From positions 4,024 through 68,023 of IMG/VR virus record IMGVR_UViG_3300043429_000249: DNA of 64,000 nt; one strand, 5' to 3'. Positions 17,633 to 27,474 of this stretch are shown in pieces. Every line of letters starts with the position of its first letter. The first letter of the stretch is position 1. A program made the translations under genes and the position numbers. Source of the DNA: a virus. The notes beneath the pieces were generated by a model, which saw only the letters and a program-made list of their open reading frames with translations, was not told the DNA's origin and searched no databases.

Positions 17633-20503
17633 ATGACCACTTTTGACCTCTTAGATGCAGTGCAGCCAGCCGGTGGCTGGTATGCCGTGGTTGGCATCAA
17701 GGGCGTCGATAACACCAAGCAGTACCTTGTCGAGACGCGACAGGAAGTTGACGATATTGCCGCGATGCTGGTGCAGCAGCAGCGTAACGTGTTCTTCGGA
17801 GTAGCGAAGTATAAGGATGGATCAGGGCGCAAGAAGAGCAATGTTCAAGCGCTTAAGTCCTTCTGGCTGGATATCGACTGCGGGCCAACCAAAGCCGTAG
17901 TGAACGAAAAGACGGGGAAACCGGGAGGCTATATAGATCAAACCGCCGGGTTAACCGCACTTAAGAAGTTTTGCGCTCATATCGGCCTGCCCAAGCCGAT
18001 CATCGTCAATTCGGGGCGCGGGTTACACGTATACTGGCCGCTGACACAGGAGATTACGCCTGACCGGTGGGAGCCTGTAGCGCACCGGCTGCGTGACCTG
18101 TGCGTGACCCATGACCTGTACGTAGACCCCGCGGTCTTCGAAACAGCGCGTGTCCTTCGGATACCGTGTACGTACAACTTTAAAGACAATCCAGCTACTA
18201 CCGTATCAGTAATGACGGTAGGTCAACCCGTCTCATACGACGACCTCGTTAAACTACTGGGCGTTAAACCTAAGGCGAAGCTGCCAGCGGCACGGGAGCT
18301 GACCGCGCTGGGTAAGATGTTGCAGGAGTCATCAAGCAAGTCCTTTGCCAAGATCATGCGCCGCAGCGCTAAAGGCGACGGATGCGCGCAACTGCTGGAC
18401 TGCTACCAGAATCGGGACAGTCTGTCGGAGGCACGTTGGTTTGACGCCCTGTCAGTGGCTAAGTTCTGCTCTGACCAAGATAAGGCGATCCATAAGCTGT
18501 CCGAGGGGCACCCAGACTACGATCCCGGCAAGACAGTGCAGAAGATCGCACATATCGAGGGGCCGCATAACTGCGCGACGTTCGACCGGAATAACCCCGG
18601 CCTGTGTGCGTCTTGCCCGCACTTCGGTAAGATCAAAAACCCTATTGTCCTTGGCATGGAAGTTAAAGCTGCCAGCGAAGAGGACTACGCTGCCACAGAG
18701 TACGTTAACCAAGATACCGGTAAGAAGGAGACGGTAGGTATACCGCCGTACCCGAAGCCTTTTTACTGGGGCGAAAACGGAGGTATTTGGAAAAAGCTAG
18801 CCGATCCCGAGGCAGACCCGGTGTTTGTTTATCAGGATCACTTATATGTCGTGAAGCGCATGCACGATCCGGCAGAGGGGAATGTTGTTGTTATGCGGCA
18901 CCACACGCCGCTGGACGGGGTTAAAGAGTTCGTCGTCCCTAACAAACACGTCACTGACAAGACGGAGCTGCGCAAGGTGCTGTCGATGCACGACGTCATG
19001 GTCAGTGCCAAGCAGTATGACATTATTTTTGACTACATCATCACAGCCAACGGGCTGTTGCGAACCAAGGAAAGGGCAGAGCGTATGCGTACGCAGTTCG
19101 GCTGGGCCGACAACGATAGCAAGTTTATCATCGGGGATCAGGAGATCACCGCGCAGGGGAATTACTATAGCCCCCCTTCATCAGTTACGGAGAGCATCGC
19201 GCCACATCTAGCCCCGGCAGGGGACATGAAAAAGTGGCAGGAGGTCTTTAACCTCTATAATACACCGGGGCTGGAAGCCCATGCGTTTGCTGCGCTGACT
19301 GCCTTTGGTGCGCCGCTCCTGCGGTTCACGGGCCAATCGGGTGCAGCCATCAACGTCATTCACCCTAACTCTGGTACCGGCAAGACGACCATCCTCCATA
19401 TGTGTAACAGCGTATGGGGACACCCCCGTGACCTGTGTTCGACGCAGAAGGATACGGACAACGCACGTATCCTGAAACTGGGTATCATGAACAACCTGCC
19501 CTACTGCGTGGACGAAATTACCAACATGTCGGGGATGGCTTTTTCGGACCTGATCTACGCTATGTCGAATGGTAAGGGCAAAGACCGTATGGAAGCCAGT
19601 GGCAATAGGTTGCGGGCTAACACCACCAAATGGCAGACCATCTCCCTGATGTCGTCGAACGCTGCCTTTTACGAAAAGCTACAGGGGCCGAAAAACACCC
19701 CGGACGGCGAAATGATGCGCATGATCGAGTATAAGATCGACTATGCGAATGTGCTTGACGTGAACCACGCGAAGGAAATGTTCGACCACCAACTGCTGGA
19801 AAACTACGGGCATGCCGGGCCGATCTTTGCTGCATGGCTGGTTAATAACAAGGAAGAGGCCGAAGCCACCGTGCGGTCCATTCAGGCAAAGATCGACCGT
19901 GAACTAAAGCTGACGCAGCGGGAACGCTTCTGGTCGGCAGTCGTTGCCGCCAACATTACGGGCGGCCTAATCGCCGTGAAGTACCTTAAGTTGATGAACT
20001 GGGACATGCAGCGCATCTATGAATGGGCGACTAAGATGATCTTGGCCCTACGTGAAGATGTGAAGCCGCCAGCTACAGACGTTGCCAGCATCGTGGGTGA
20101 CTATTTGAACCGGCATATCAATAACGTGCTGGTGGTGGATGACGGCGTAGATCAACGCACGAACATGGCCATGATGCCGAAGATGGAGCCGCGTGGCGAA
20201 CTCCTGATCCGGTTCGAACCTGATACGAAGAAACTGTTTATCGCAGCGAAGCCCTTCAAGCAGGACTGCGTGTCTACGCAGGTGAACTACAAGGAGACGC
20301 TGGAAACCTTGAAGAAGAACGGTGTGTTCGTCGGCACAGGGGTGAAGCGCCTGTCAAAGGGCATGAAGGTTACCACACCCGGCGTCTATTGCCTAATCTT
20401 TGATACAACGGTCGGCGGCTTTATCGACATTAAGGAGCTGGTTGGGGTGGACGACACCGACACACAAAGCGCGGACCAGACGGATGCTGGTGGAGGGAGT
20501 TAA
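17633..20503 (+). CDS. primase (AEP/RepB-like) fused to DUF927 SF3-like helicase
   Basis: WLDID, NSGRGLHVYW, Cys cluster, SGTGKTT Walker A, VDE. Confidence 0.88.
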   Translation: MTTFDLLDAVQPAGGWYAVVGIKGVDNTKQYLVETRQEVDDIAAMLVQQQRNVFFGVAKYKDGSGRKKSNVQALKSFWLDIDCGPTKAVVNEKTGKPGGYIDQTAGLTALKKFCAHIGLPKPIIVNSGRGLHVYWPLTQEITPDRWEPVAHRLRDLCVTHDLYVDPAVFETARVLRIPCTYNFKDNPATTVSVMTVGQPVSYDDLVKLLGVKPKAKLPAARELTALGKMLQESSSKSFAKIMRRSAKGDGCAQLLDCYQNRDSLSEARWFDALSVAKFCSDQDKAIHKLSEGHPDYDPGKTVQKIAHIEGPHNCATFDRNNPGLCASCPHFGKIKNPIVLGMEVKAASEEDYAATEYVNQDTGKKETVGIPPYPKPFYWGENGGIWKKLADPEADPVFVYQDHLYVVKRMHDPAEGNVVVMRHHTPLDGVKEFVVPNKHVTDKTELRKVLSMHDVMVSAKQYDIIFDYIITANGLLRTKERAERMRTQFGWADNDSKFIIGDQEITAQGNYYSPPSSVTESIAPHLAPAGDMKKWQEVFNLYNTPGLEAHAFAALTAFGAPLLRFTGQSGAAINVIHPNSGTGKTTILHMCNSVWGHPRDLCSTQKDTDNARILKLGIMNNLPYCVDEITNMSGMAFSDLIYAMSNGKGKDRMEASGNRLRANTTKWQTISLMSSNAAFYEKLQGPKNTPDGEMMRMIEYKIDYANVLDVNHAKEMFDHQLLENYGHAGPIFAAWLVNNKEEAEATVRSIQAKIDRELKLTQRERFWSAVVAANITGGLIAVKYLKLMNWDMQRIYEWATKMILALREDVKPPATDVASIVGDYLNRHINNVLVVDDGVDQRTNMAMMPKMEPRGELLIRFEPDTKKLFIAAKPFKQDCVSTQVNYKETLETLKKNGVFVGTGVKRLSKGMKVTTPGVYCLIFDTTVGGFIDIKELVGVDDTDTQSADQTDAGGGS

Positions 20504-20678
20504 GTACGATATTAACTGGAAAACCTTCCGACGGGGCACGTCTATCTTCATTCCGTGCCTTAACCCGAAGGAGGCAAAGCGTACCATAACGTGTGTCTGC
20601 GGACGCCTGCGTATCAAGATATTGATGAAAATCGTGATCGAGGATGGGATTAGGGGTTTACGAATTTGGCGTCAGTAG
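20484..20678 (+). CDS. small hypothetical protein
   Basis: MLVEG...GTSIFIPC...GLRIWR. Confidence 0.6.
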   Translation: MLVEGVKYDINWKTFRRGTSIFIPCLNPKEAKRTITCVCGRLRIKILMKIVIEDGIRGLRIWRQ

Positions 20679-20721
20679 GTACTATATACCCGGAAGTTTG
20701 CTCCTTCCTTGGTTAACACCG

Positions 20722-20762
20722 ATGGCCTCCCAGTCTGCACCGCTGGGGGGCCATTTCCTTTT
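20722..20762. terminator. hairpin between the converging arms
   Basis: ATGGCCTCCCAG...CTGGGGGGCCAT followed by TTCCTTTT. Confidence 0.6.
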
Positions 20763-23700
20763 AGCGGCCTTCGTATTTTCGCTTAACTGCGTTGAAGGTG
20801 CGGTTAAACTCCTTATACACCTCGTTCATATCCGCATGATACTCCTCGATGGAGAGGTATTCGTCGTTGCGGTAAGCCTTGCTCATGTCTTTCAGCTGGT
20901 CCTTGGCTAGGGCATAGGCCTCCATGACTTCGGCGTCCGTCTTCACAGGGTACTTGCGTTCGTTGGCCTTAAAATCCCGGTCATCCCCGGTTTCCACCGC
21001 GTCCTTATAGGTCGGGTAAATCTGGTCCATGCCGACCGTATTGCGGTAGAAGTTATTCATCGGTGCATATTCACCGCCCTTACCCGCGATTTTCATCAGC
21101 TCCGGCATTTCACCCGACGCAATATCTGCACCGAAGGCAAACAAGCCGCCGCCGTACTGCTTAGCAAGATACTGATACCATTCCGGCTGCCGCGACAAAC
21201 CTCCAGCCACAGTCGTCGAACCGTTCGACATTGAGTTGACACCCCGGGCAAGCCACTTCCAAGCCTCGTTTGTGTTTTCACGGCCCATCTCGGAGCGCGG
21301 CATAGTCGTATACTTGTTGTCCCGGTAGATGGGGGAACCGAAGAAGCTGACGTTAGCCTCTGCATCGGTCAGCGGCTGTGCCGCATCGGGCAGAATGATG
21401 CTCTTGACCGAAGTCAGGAAGTCCTTGTCTGCCGAACCCTTCACCGGAAGAGCCATATTGCGGAACGCATCCATGGTGGTGACCGCTGCCTCCATAGGGG
21501 TGATGTCACCCTGCATCGCAGCCGCGATTTGTTCGCCAGTGTACTTTGCGAAACCCAGCGAAAAAGCTGTGGGGATAGCAACGTAGTCGTTAGTACCCGA
21601 ACCGTAGTAGACTACGACACGGCTTTGGCGGGTGATATCGTTCACATCGAATATGTTCTTGCGGCCATCCTCGTCATCGTCGTCGCTGCGGAAGGCGTTC
21701 CAAAGCTGGAGCAAAATGCCCAGCTTGATGGCTCCAAGGATCAGCTTCCGCGCATTGCGCGAGGTCATCCCCTGATTGATGAACTTACGCCCACCTTCGA
21801 CACCGGCACTAAAGAAGAAGAACCACGTATCCAGCACAGGTGCCCATTCACCACGACGCGTCAGGTTAAGCGAGGAGTCAAGTGCGAGGAGAGCAGCGCC
21901 TTCCTGACTAATGCCCGCATCCAGCGCAGCCCGGTAGGTAGCGAAGCGGGCCTGCATGTCGATAACCTGCGAGATGGTATCCATGAACTCCAGACCGGAG
22001 TTAGCCATAGCCAGAGCCGCCTTATCGGGACGGCCTTCCTGCATAGCCTTGATGGCTCCCAGTGCCTGATCGAAGGCTTGGATATGGTCCGCAGCGTTCA
22101 TAACCATGGATTGGCCGACAGCACCACCGTCCTTAAGGAACTGGTCGAACAGAAGCGTGGTTTCTTCCATCTCCTGCGTCGTCGATCCGGGCACGAGGGC
22201 GTTAACCGTCTGCGCCAACTTAGACGCAGTTGGGTCCTTACTGGTCATATATGCCCGGGTTACTGCCGCCTGTACCGGGCTGAACATATACTTGGCTGAT
22301 TGCGCAGCGATCTTTTTACCTTCGGCAGCGCCGCCCTTTACACCCTGTGCCGCAAGGTTTGTCAGGATAGCTTCTTGGAAGTCGCGCTGCCATGCAGTGC
22401 CAAGCAGGTAAGTCGGGTTGAACCGGGTCTTAAGCGACTTGATGCCGTTGCTGACATCTTGCACGCCCGGGATATGGACCGTCTTACCGAATACTTTCGT
22501 ATCAGTACCCGTGAAGAACGCACCCAACTCCTTTGGCGTCATATTGGAGAAGGCACGGTACAGCGCATTACCAGCATCGCTGTTTTGGAAGTCAAGGTAG
22601 AAAGTCTCTCCGTCCTTCTTCACCACAAAGGCACGGTCACCGACACGGCTACCGTCAGTAGCACGATCCTTCATCGCGGTTAGGGCTTCACCCGACAACA
22701 TGGTCGCACCCGGTGTCTTCTTTTCGGAGTATACCTTGACTACACCTTCGTGCGTCACCGGGTCTTCCAAAGCGTTGTCCAGAAGCTGCTGCGCCACGCG
22801 GTTGCGTTCGATACGGGCAATGGCATACTGCGCATCCGACATCAGGGTAAAGAGCGGGTTAGCAGGCATCGTCTCACGGCCCTTGGCCGTCAGATATTCA
22901 CGGATGCGAGTGCGGCCACCTTGGCGGCGGAAATCTTCACGCGCTTCCTGCATAGCCTTCGTGGGATCGCCATCTTCGTTCATGTCGCCCTCAAGGGCGA
23001 AACCCTTCATCGGCGTGTAAAACGGCTGCTCCTTGCGGGTACGGGTCCATTCTTCCTGCGAGATCATACCCGCTTTGACGCGCTCCTTGCCCATATAGTC
23101 CACCAGTGCATCGTGCAGCTTGGCGACCTTCTTGAGGTCGGGCAGGAGACCTTCGCGCAGGAAGTGGTCGATGACGGCATCCGCATCAGCGTTAGTCATA
23201 CCAGAACCGTCAGTAATCTGACCTTCGCTCCTTTTAAGGACCATCGCGTTACGATCCTTAGCCGCACGTGCCCACAGGTACATGCCGACATCCTTGGGAT
23301 CGAGACCAAGCTCTTTGATCTTGTCTTCCAACGGGTCGAGGAACCAGCGACGGAGGCTCATCTGGTTGCCGATCTTGCGGCTTTCCAGTAGAGCGAACTT
23401 GTTCGCTACGTTCATGTTATCGGGCAGCGAAGTCACACCATATACCGCAGCAAGCGCACGGGTATAGTCCGTCGCATCCTGATACTTGTAGTTCAGCTTA
23501 CGAAGCGCAGCGGACCCCATACGACGCACACGGCCTTGCAGGTCCGTGGCGAAGCCAACCGTGTCAATCAGCGGACGCTGTGGGCTGGCAGGCTGACCAC
23601 CGGGGATTGGGGGTGCCGGGATGCGTGAATAGAGCGGGCCGATAGACTCATCGACCATATTCTGAAGGGTCTGCGACCCCTTGTCTTCCCGCTGCGCAAA

Positions 23701-26700
23701 CTCACCATTGGCGATGGCTTCCATGACGGCATTTGCATCGCGCAGGTTTTGACTAAAGAAAAAGTCACGGATTGAGTTCAGGAACTTCTGGATGCGGGTG
23801 AAGACGTTCTTCTTGATCGGCAGCCTCTGCCGTTCTTTCATCCATGCACGGAACAGTTCCGCTACACGCTCTTCTTCACGGGTCGCTCTGCTTTCTTTAC
23901 TATAGGCAACGCGCACAACCGACCGAAGGGCGACGTCCTTATTGGCAACGCGCACAAGTGCCTGCCATTCTTGGTCCGTAAAGAAGCCGTGGTCCTTAAG
24001 GTAATGGATAAGCTCATGATACATGACGCCTTCCATTTCCGCCTGATTGCCCATAGCCATGCGGATGATGCTGTCCATGGGGTTATAGCTACCGCCCGCC
24101 TGACCCCCATTAAGGATGTCCTTAACGATGATGTTGATATCATTGAAGCCAAGTTTAGACAGGGCTTCACGTAGCTTGTTCCGTGCTTCCTTAACACTCT
24201 CCGCTTTTTCTTCGTAGGCTGCACGCTCTTCGGGCGTCATTAGCGACCGCATAGCCTGTTCAGCGTAGCGGTCCTTAGCCTTTTCCAGTTCTTCTTGGAT
24301 GCGTTCGGCGGAGGCATTCTTCTGTTCCGCCGCGTTAGTCAGCAACTTGTAAGCCTGTTCGCTGATCTGCGGATCGCGTTCGCCATCTTCATTGTACATG
24401 GCGTTTTCGATATCTTCCAAGACCGCATCATACGGATCAGCCTGCGCCTTCCGCGCACCTTCTTCCTGCTGGGCTAGGAGGATTTCCCGAATGTTGTTTG
24501 CTACTTCATCACGCTGATTTTCGCGCTGATTATCCAGCATTTCATCAAGCGCGGCCATGGCTTCGTCCAGCTTTTCAGCATTGGGGACGTCTTCCAGACG
24601 GGAGTTGATTTCAGCTACATCGTCTTCGTCGATAAGCCCATCTCGCTGATATTGCTTCATGAGCTTGCGAAGTTCTTTCATGTTCTCCGCGTTATATACC
24701 TCTTGGGTAGCATCATCGTACCGTGCGTCATGCTCCTGCATGTCCGGGTGTTCGTCGATTAGGTCTTCGACATCGACTTCCTCTTCCGGCGCAGGCTCTT
24801 CTTCAAACTGCGGCAGCGTGACGTCTTCTTCGACGGCAGGCTCTCCTTCTGCTACCGGCGCTTCTTCGGCTACCGGCGCTTCTTCGGCTACCGGCGCTTC
24901 TTCGGCTACCGGCGCTTCTTCGGCTACCGGCGCGGGTTGTGCAGCAGCTTCGCGTTCAGCCTGACGCTGGCCCGCTTCGGGAATCATGCCCTCGATTTCA
25001 GCCGCGTCACCGCGCAGGATAGCCATCTCCTGTTCGTCCGGCCCCACCCAGCCGTTCTTGTCGGCCAGTTCGATGAAGGCTTTGTACTTGTCGCGGATCG
25101 CGGGGTTATTGGCGATACGGTTGAAGGCCGTTTGGCGTTTGGTGTCTTGTTCCTGTTGCTGCTGCGCTGCTGCTGCCTCTTCAGCATCCAAACGCTTCTG
25201 GTATTCCCCTTCAGGACCGAACACACTTTCGGCAGCTTCAAAACCATAAGCACGGCTGGCTTCTTCACGGGTCATCGGTTCCAAACCGCGCCGTTTAAGG
25301 TCAGCGTTGATCTTATTGATCTTGTTCTTACCCTTGATTGCCGGGTCGTACAGCGTCGGCTCAATGATATTCATGCGGGCAACGGCAAGTTCGTTGTCGC
25401 GCAGTTCATTCACCTGCCCTGCGGTTGTCTCAAGGTCTGACTGCTGCCGCATCCAGTCACGGATAGTCGCGGTTTCTTCTGCGTTCGGCCTAAGGCCGTG
25501 CATGAACATCAGGTTTTCAAACGCACCAAGGTGGTCGGTAACCGGGGCTTGTAGCGTCTGCTGCAACAGGTCCATACGCAGTTCGCGTTCAGCCTGCGCC
25601 TCCTGCGCATTTTGATTGATCTCATCTACTACGCTAGTAGGTATAGGAGGAGTAGCAGTAGTCGTTGTTTGCGCGGGTTGTCCGGGGGCTGGAGCCGTCC
25701 CAGCGGGAGGCGCAGTCATAAAGTCCAAGAACTCGTCATGAACTTTCCGGGCTTCATCCAGCACCAGCATGCGGGCGATCTTGGTCTCTTCCGGCAGCTT
25801 GGCACGGTTCAGGGCACGGGTCTGCCCCTTAAGTAAGGTATCCGCCGCCTCGGTATCACCCGATGCCATCGCGCTCGTCAAACGACGGTTGATGCTGTTG
25901 ATGTATGTATTCAGCCCTTCATCAGGCTGCGTGTTACCCAATGACTGGGCCAGACGTTCGCCAATAGCCTGTCGGGAAAAGGTTTCCGGGATATTCAGGT
26001 TACGAGCAGTTTCATCCTGCACGCGCCGCGCTTCGATATCGGCAATGGGCATACGACGCAGCATGCCCTGCTCGTTACGGACAACTACATTGCCTTCGGC
26101 ATCGGGGGCACCGATAACATCAATGCGCTCACGCACAGTCTGCGTCGGATCATCCTGCTTCGCAGTCGCAATCGTGTAGGATGCGAGTGGAGGCTGGGCA
26201 GCTTGCTCCATAGCCTGTTGGCGGTTCTTTGCCGCGCGTTCGCCAAGGATGTTGGAAACCTCAAAGCCGCCACGGACCGTGGCACCGACGGCGCCGCCAA
26301 GCAGTGCGTTTTCAGTCACGCCTTCCATAGCAGCTTGCTGCGGGTTGTACGCCTGCTGTTCCAGCACGTTCTGTGCGAGCTGCGTGCCACCTTCCTGCAA
26401 CGCCTCCGGCGCAAAGCCTCGACCCACCAGACGGCCAGCCGCGGTAGCATCCAATGACGCAGCCGTACGGGCCAGCGTCTGCTTAACTGTTTCACGTGAA
26501 ACACGCCCTGCGGTCAGGTCGGTAAGGAGGCTATTAATTCGTTGCTGCGTCGCAGTGCGTGCAGCGGGAGGAAGGGCATCCACCATACGCCCTATGGGCA
26601 GCAGTTCAGTCAGTCCAATGGCACCGCCACCGAGCTGCACAAACTTACGTGTTGTCGGGTCAACCTTTTGGCCGGTTTGCTTTTCGAACTCGTCCATCTG

Positions 26701-27456
26701 CTGGCGAGCTTGCGTCGCACCCTGCCCGGTACCAAGGATAGCCTGCGCACCACGGGTGATAAACGGGGCGGCCTTGGTTACTGGAGCCAGACGACGTCCA
26801 GCTACTTCCGTAGCCACAAAAGGAAGGATGCTACCTAACCCGCCGCCAAACGCCTCGATATTGCGCTGGAGGGGGTCAAACTGGGCAGTCTCCGCCTGTT
26901 CCAGACCAAGAGCTTTTACAAGTCCTTTACCTGTAGCTTCCGACCGTTTGGCAAGTTCTTCACCCCGTGCACCACCAATACCCAAGGTACCCGGAGCCTG
27001 AAACAATCCCTCGATGGCACCGCGGGGAATAGAGGCCAGACCACCAGTGATGCGTTCCCCAAGGGTAGGGGCAGCAGCGCGCTTGCCCGCCTTCTGCATG
27101 TACTGGCGTTCTTGACGGATAAGGTCCAGCTTTTCAGCCGTGTCTTCCCGCAGCTTTTGACGCAGTTCCTCACGTGCAGGTGTACCGCCCAAGAACCGAC
27201 GCGCGGACTCCAAGAAGCCGCCAACACCTTCGGGAGCCTTACCCAGCTCCTTTTCACCCTTGGCAGCCCGGGCACGGAGGCGCTTCTCCTCTGCCGCCAA
27301 CTCGGTTTCGCGCTTCGCCACGTCGCTAGGTACGGCACGGGGAGCTTGTGTTCCACGTGAAACGATAGCCTTAAGATCGGCAGCAGTTGCTCCTGCGGGG
27401 GCTTCGATGGTGTACCGCTTGCCCCCAAGCTCATAAATGTATCGTTTCAAGGCCAT
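20761..27456 (-). CDS. giant internal virion / ejection protein (polyvalent-type; zincin HExxH, LPD38-like C-terminus)
   Basis: 2231 aa, last gene of the virion operon; YHELIHY; Gly/Ala-rich N-terminus. Confidence 0.75.
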   Translation of the reverse strand: MALKRYIYELGGKRYTIEAPAGATAADLKAIVSRGTQAPRAVPSDVAKRETELAAEEKRLRARAAKGEKELGKAPEGVGGFLESARRFLGGTPAREELRQKLREDTAEKLDLIRQERQYMQKAGKRAAAPTLGERITGGLASIPRGAIEGLFQAPGTLGIGGARGEELAKRSEATGKGLVKALGLEQAETAQFDPLQRNIEAFGGGLGSILPFVATEVAGRRLAPVTKAAPFITRGAQAILGTGQGATQARQQMDEFEKQTGQKVDPTTRKFVQLGGGAIGLTELLPIGRMVDALPPAARTATQQRINSLLTDLTAGRVSRETVKQTLARTAASLDATAAGRLVGRGFAPEALQEGGTQLAQNVLEQQAYNPQQAAMEGVTENALLGGAVGATVRGGFEVSNILGERAAKNRQQAMEQAAQPPLASYTIATAKQDDPTQTVRERIDVIGAPDAEGNVVVRNEQGMLRRMPIADIEARRVQDETARNLNIPETFSRQAIGERLAQSLGNTQPDEGLNTYINSINRRLTSAMASGDTEAADTLLKGQTRALNRAKLPEETKIARMLVLDEARKVHDEFLDFMTAPPAGTAPAPGQPAQTTTTATPPIPTSVVDEINQNAQEAQAERELRMDLLQQTLQAPVTDHLGAFENLMFMHGLRPNAEETATIRDWMRQQSDLETTAGQVNELRDNELAVARMNIIEPTLYDPAIKGKNKINKINADLKRRGLEPMTREEASRAYGFEAAESVFGPEGEYQKRLDAEEAAAAQQQQEQDTKRQTAFNRIANNPAIRDKYKAFIELADKNGWVGPDEQEMAILRGDAAEIEGMIPEAGQRQAEREAAAQPAPVAEEAPVAEEAPVAEEAPVAEEAPVAEGEPAVEEDVTLPQFEEEPAPEEEVDVEDLIDEHPDMQEHDARYDDATQEVYNAENMKELRKLMKQYQRDGLIDEDDVAEINSRLEDVPNAEKLDEAMAALDEMLDNQRENQRDEVANNIREILLAQQEEGARKAQADPYDAVLEDIENAMYNEDGERDPQISEQAYKLLTNAAEQKNASAERIQEELEKAKDRYAEQAMRSLMTPEERAAYEEKAESVKEARNKLREALSKLGFNDINIIVKDILNGGQAGGSYNPMDSIIRMAMGNQAEMEGVMYHELIHYLKDHGFFTDQEWQALVRVANKDVALRSVVRVAYSKESRATREEERVAELFRAWMKERQRLPIKKNVFTRIQKFLNSIRDFFFSQNLRDANAVMEAIANGEFAQREDKGSQTLQNMVDESIGPLYSRIPAPPIPGGQPASPQRPLIDTVGFATDLQGRVRRMGSAALRKLNYKYQDATDYTRALAAVYGVTSLPDNMNVANKFALLESRKIGNQMSLRRWFLDPLEDKIKELGLDPKDVGMYLWARAAKDRNAMVLKRSEGQITDGSGMTNADADAVIDHFLREGLLPDLKKVAKLHDALVDYMGKERVKAGMISQEEWTRTRKEQPFYTPMKGFALEGDMNEDGDPTKAMQEAREDFRRQGGRTRIREYLTAKGRETMPANPLFTLMSDAQYAIARIERNRVAQQLLDNALEDPVTHEGVVKVYSEKKTPGATMLSGEALTAMKDRATDGSRVGDRAFVVKKDGETFYLDFQNSDAGNALYRAFSNMTPKELGAFFTGTDTKVFGKTVHIPGVQDVSNGIKSLKTRFNPTYLLGTAWQRDFQEAILTNLAAQGVKGGAAEGKKIAAQSAKYMFSPVQAAVTRAYMTSKDPTASKLAQTVNALVPGSTTQEMEETTLLFDQFLKDGGAVGQSMVMNAADHIQAFDQALGAIKAMQEGRPDKAALAMANSGLEFMDTISQVIDMQARFATYRAALDAGISQEGAALLALDSSLNLTRRGEWAPVLDTWFFFFSAGVEGGRKFINQGMTSRNARKLILGAIKLGILLQLWNAFRSDDDDEDGRKNIFDVNDITRQSRVVVYYGSGTNDYVAIPTAFSLGFAKYTGEQIAAAMQGDITPMEAAVTTMDAFRNMALPVKGSADKDFLTSVKSIILPDAAQPLTDAEANVSFFGSPIYRDNKYTTMPRSEMGRENTNEAWKWLARGVNSMSNGSTTVAGGLSRQPEWYQYLAKQYGGGLFAFGADIASGEMPELMKIAGKGGEYAPMNNFYRNTVGMDQIYPTYKDAVETGDDRDFKANERKYPVKTDAEVMEAYALAKDQLKDMSKAYRNDEYLSIEEYHADMNEVYKEFNRTFNAVKRKYEGR
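24851..24932. repeat. 18-bp tandem repeat (APVAEE x ~4.5)
   Basis: GCTACCGGCGCTTCTTCG repeated. Confidence 0.9.
26488..26503. promoter_or_regulatory. parS: parS site (perfect bacterial consensus)
   Basis: TGTTTCACGTGAAACA; in frame as VSRET. Confidence 0.8.
27349..27364. promoter_or_regulatory. parS: parS site (variant)
   Basis: TGTTCCACGTGAAACG; in frame as VSRGT. Confidence 0.7.
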
Positions 27457-27474
27457 GACGTACCTTACTTAATC

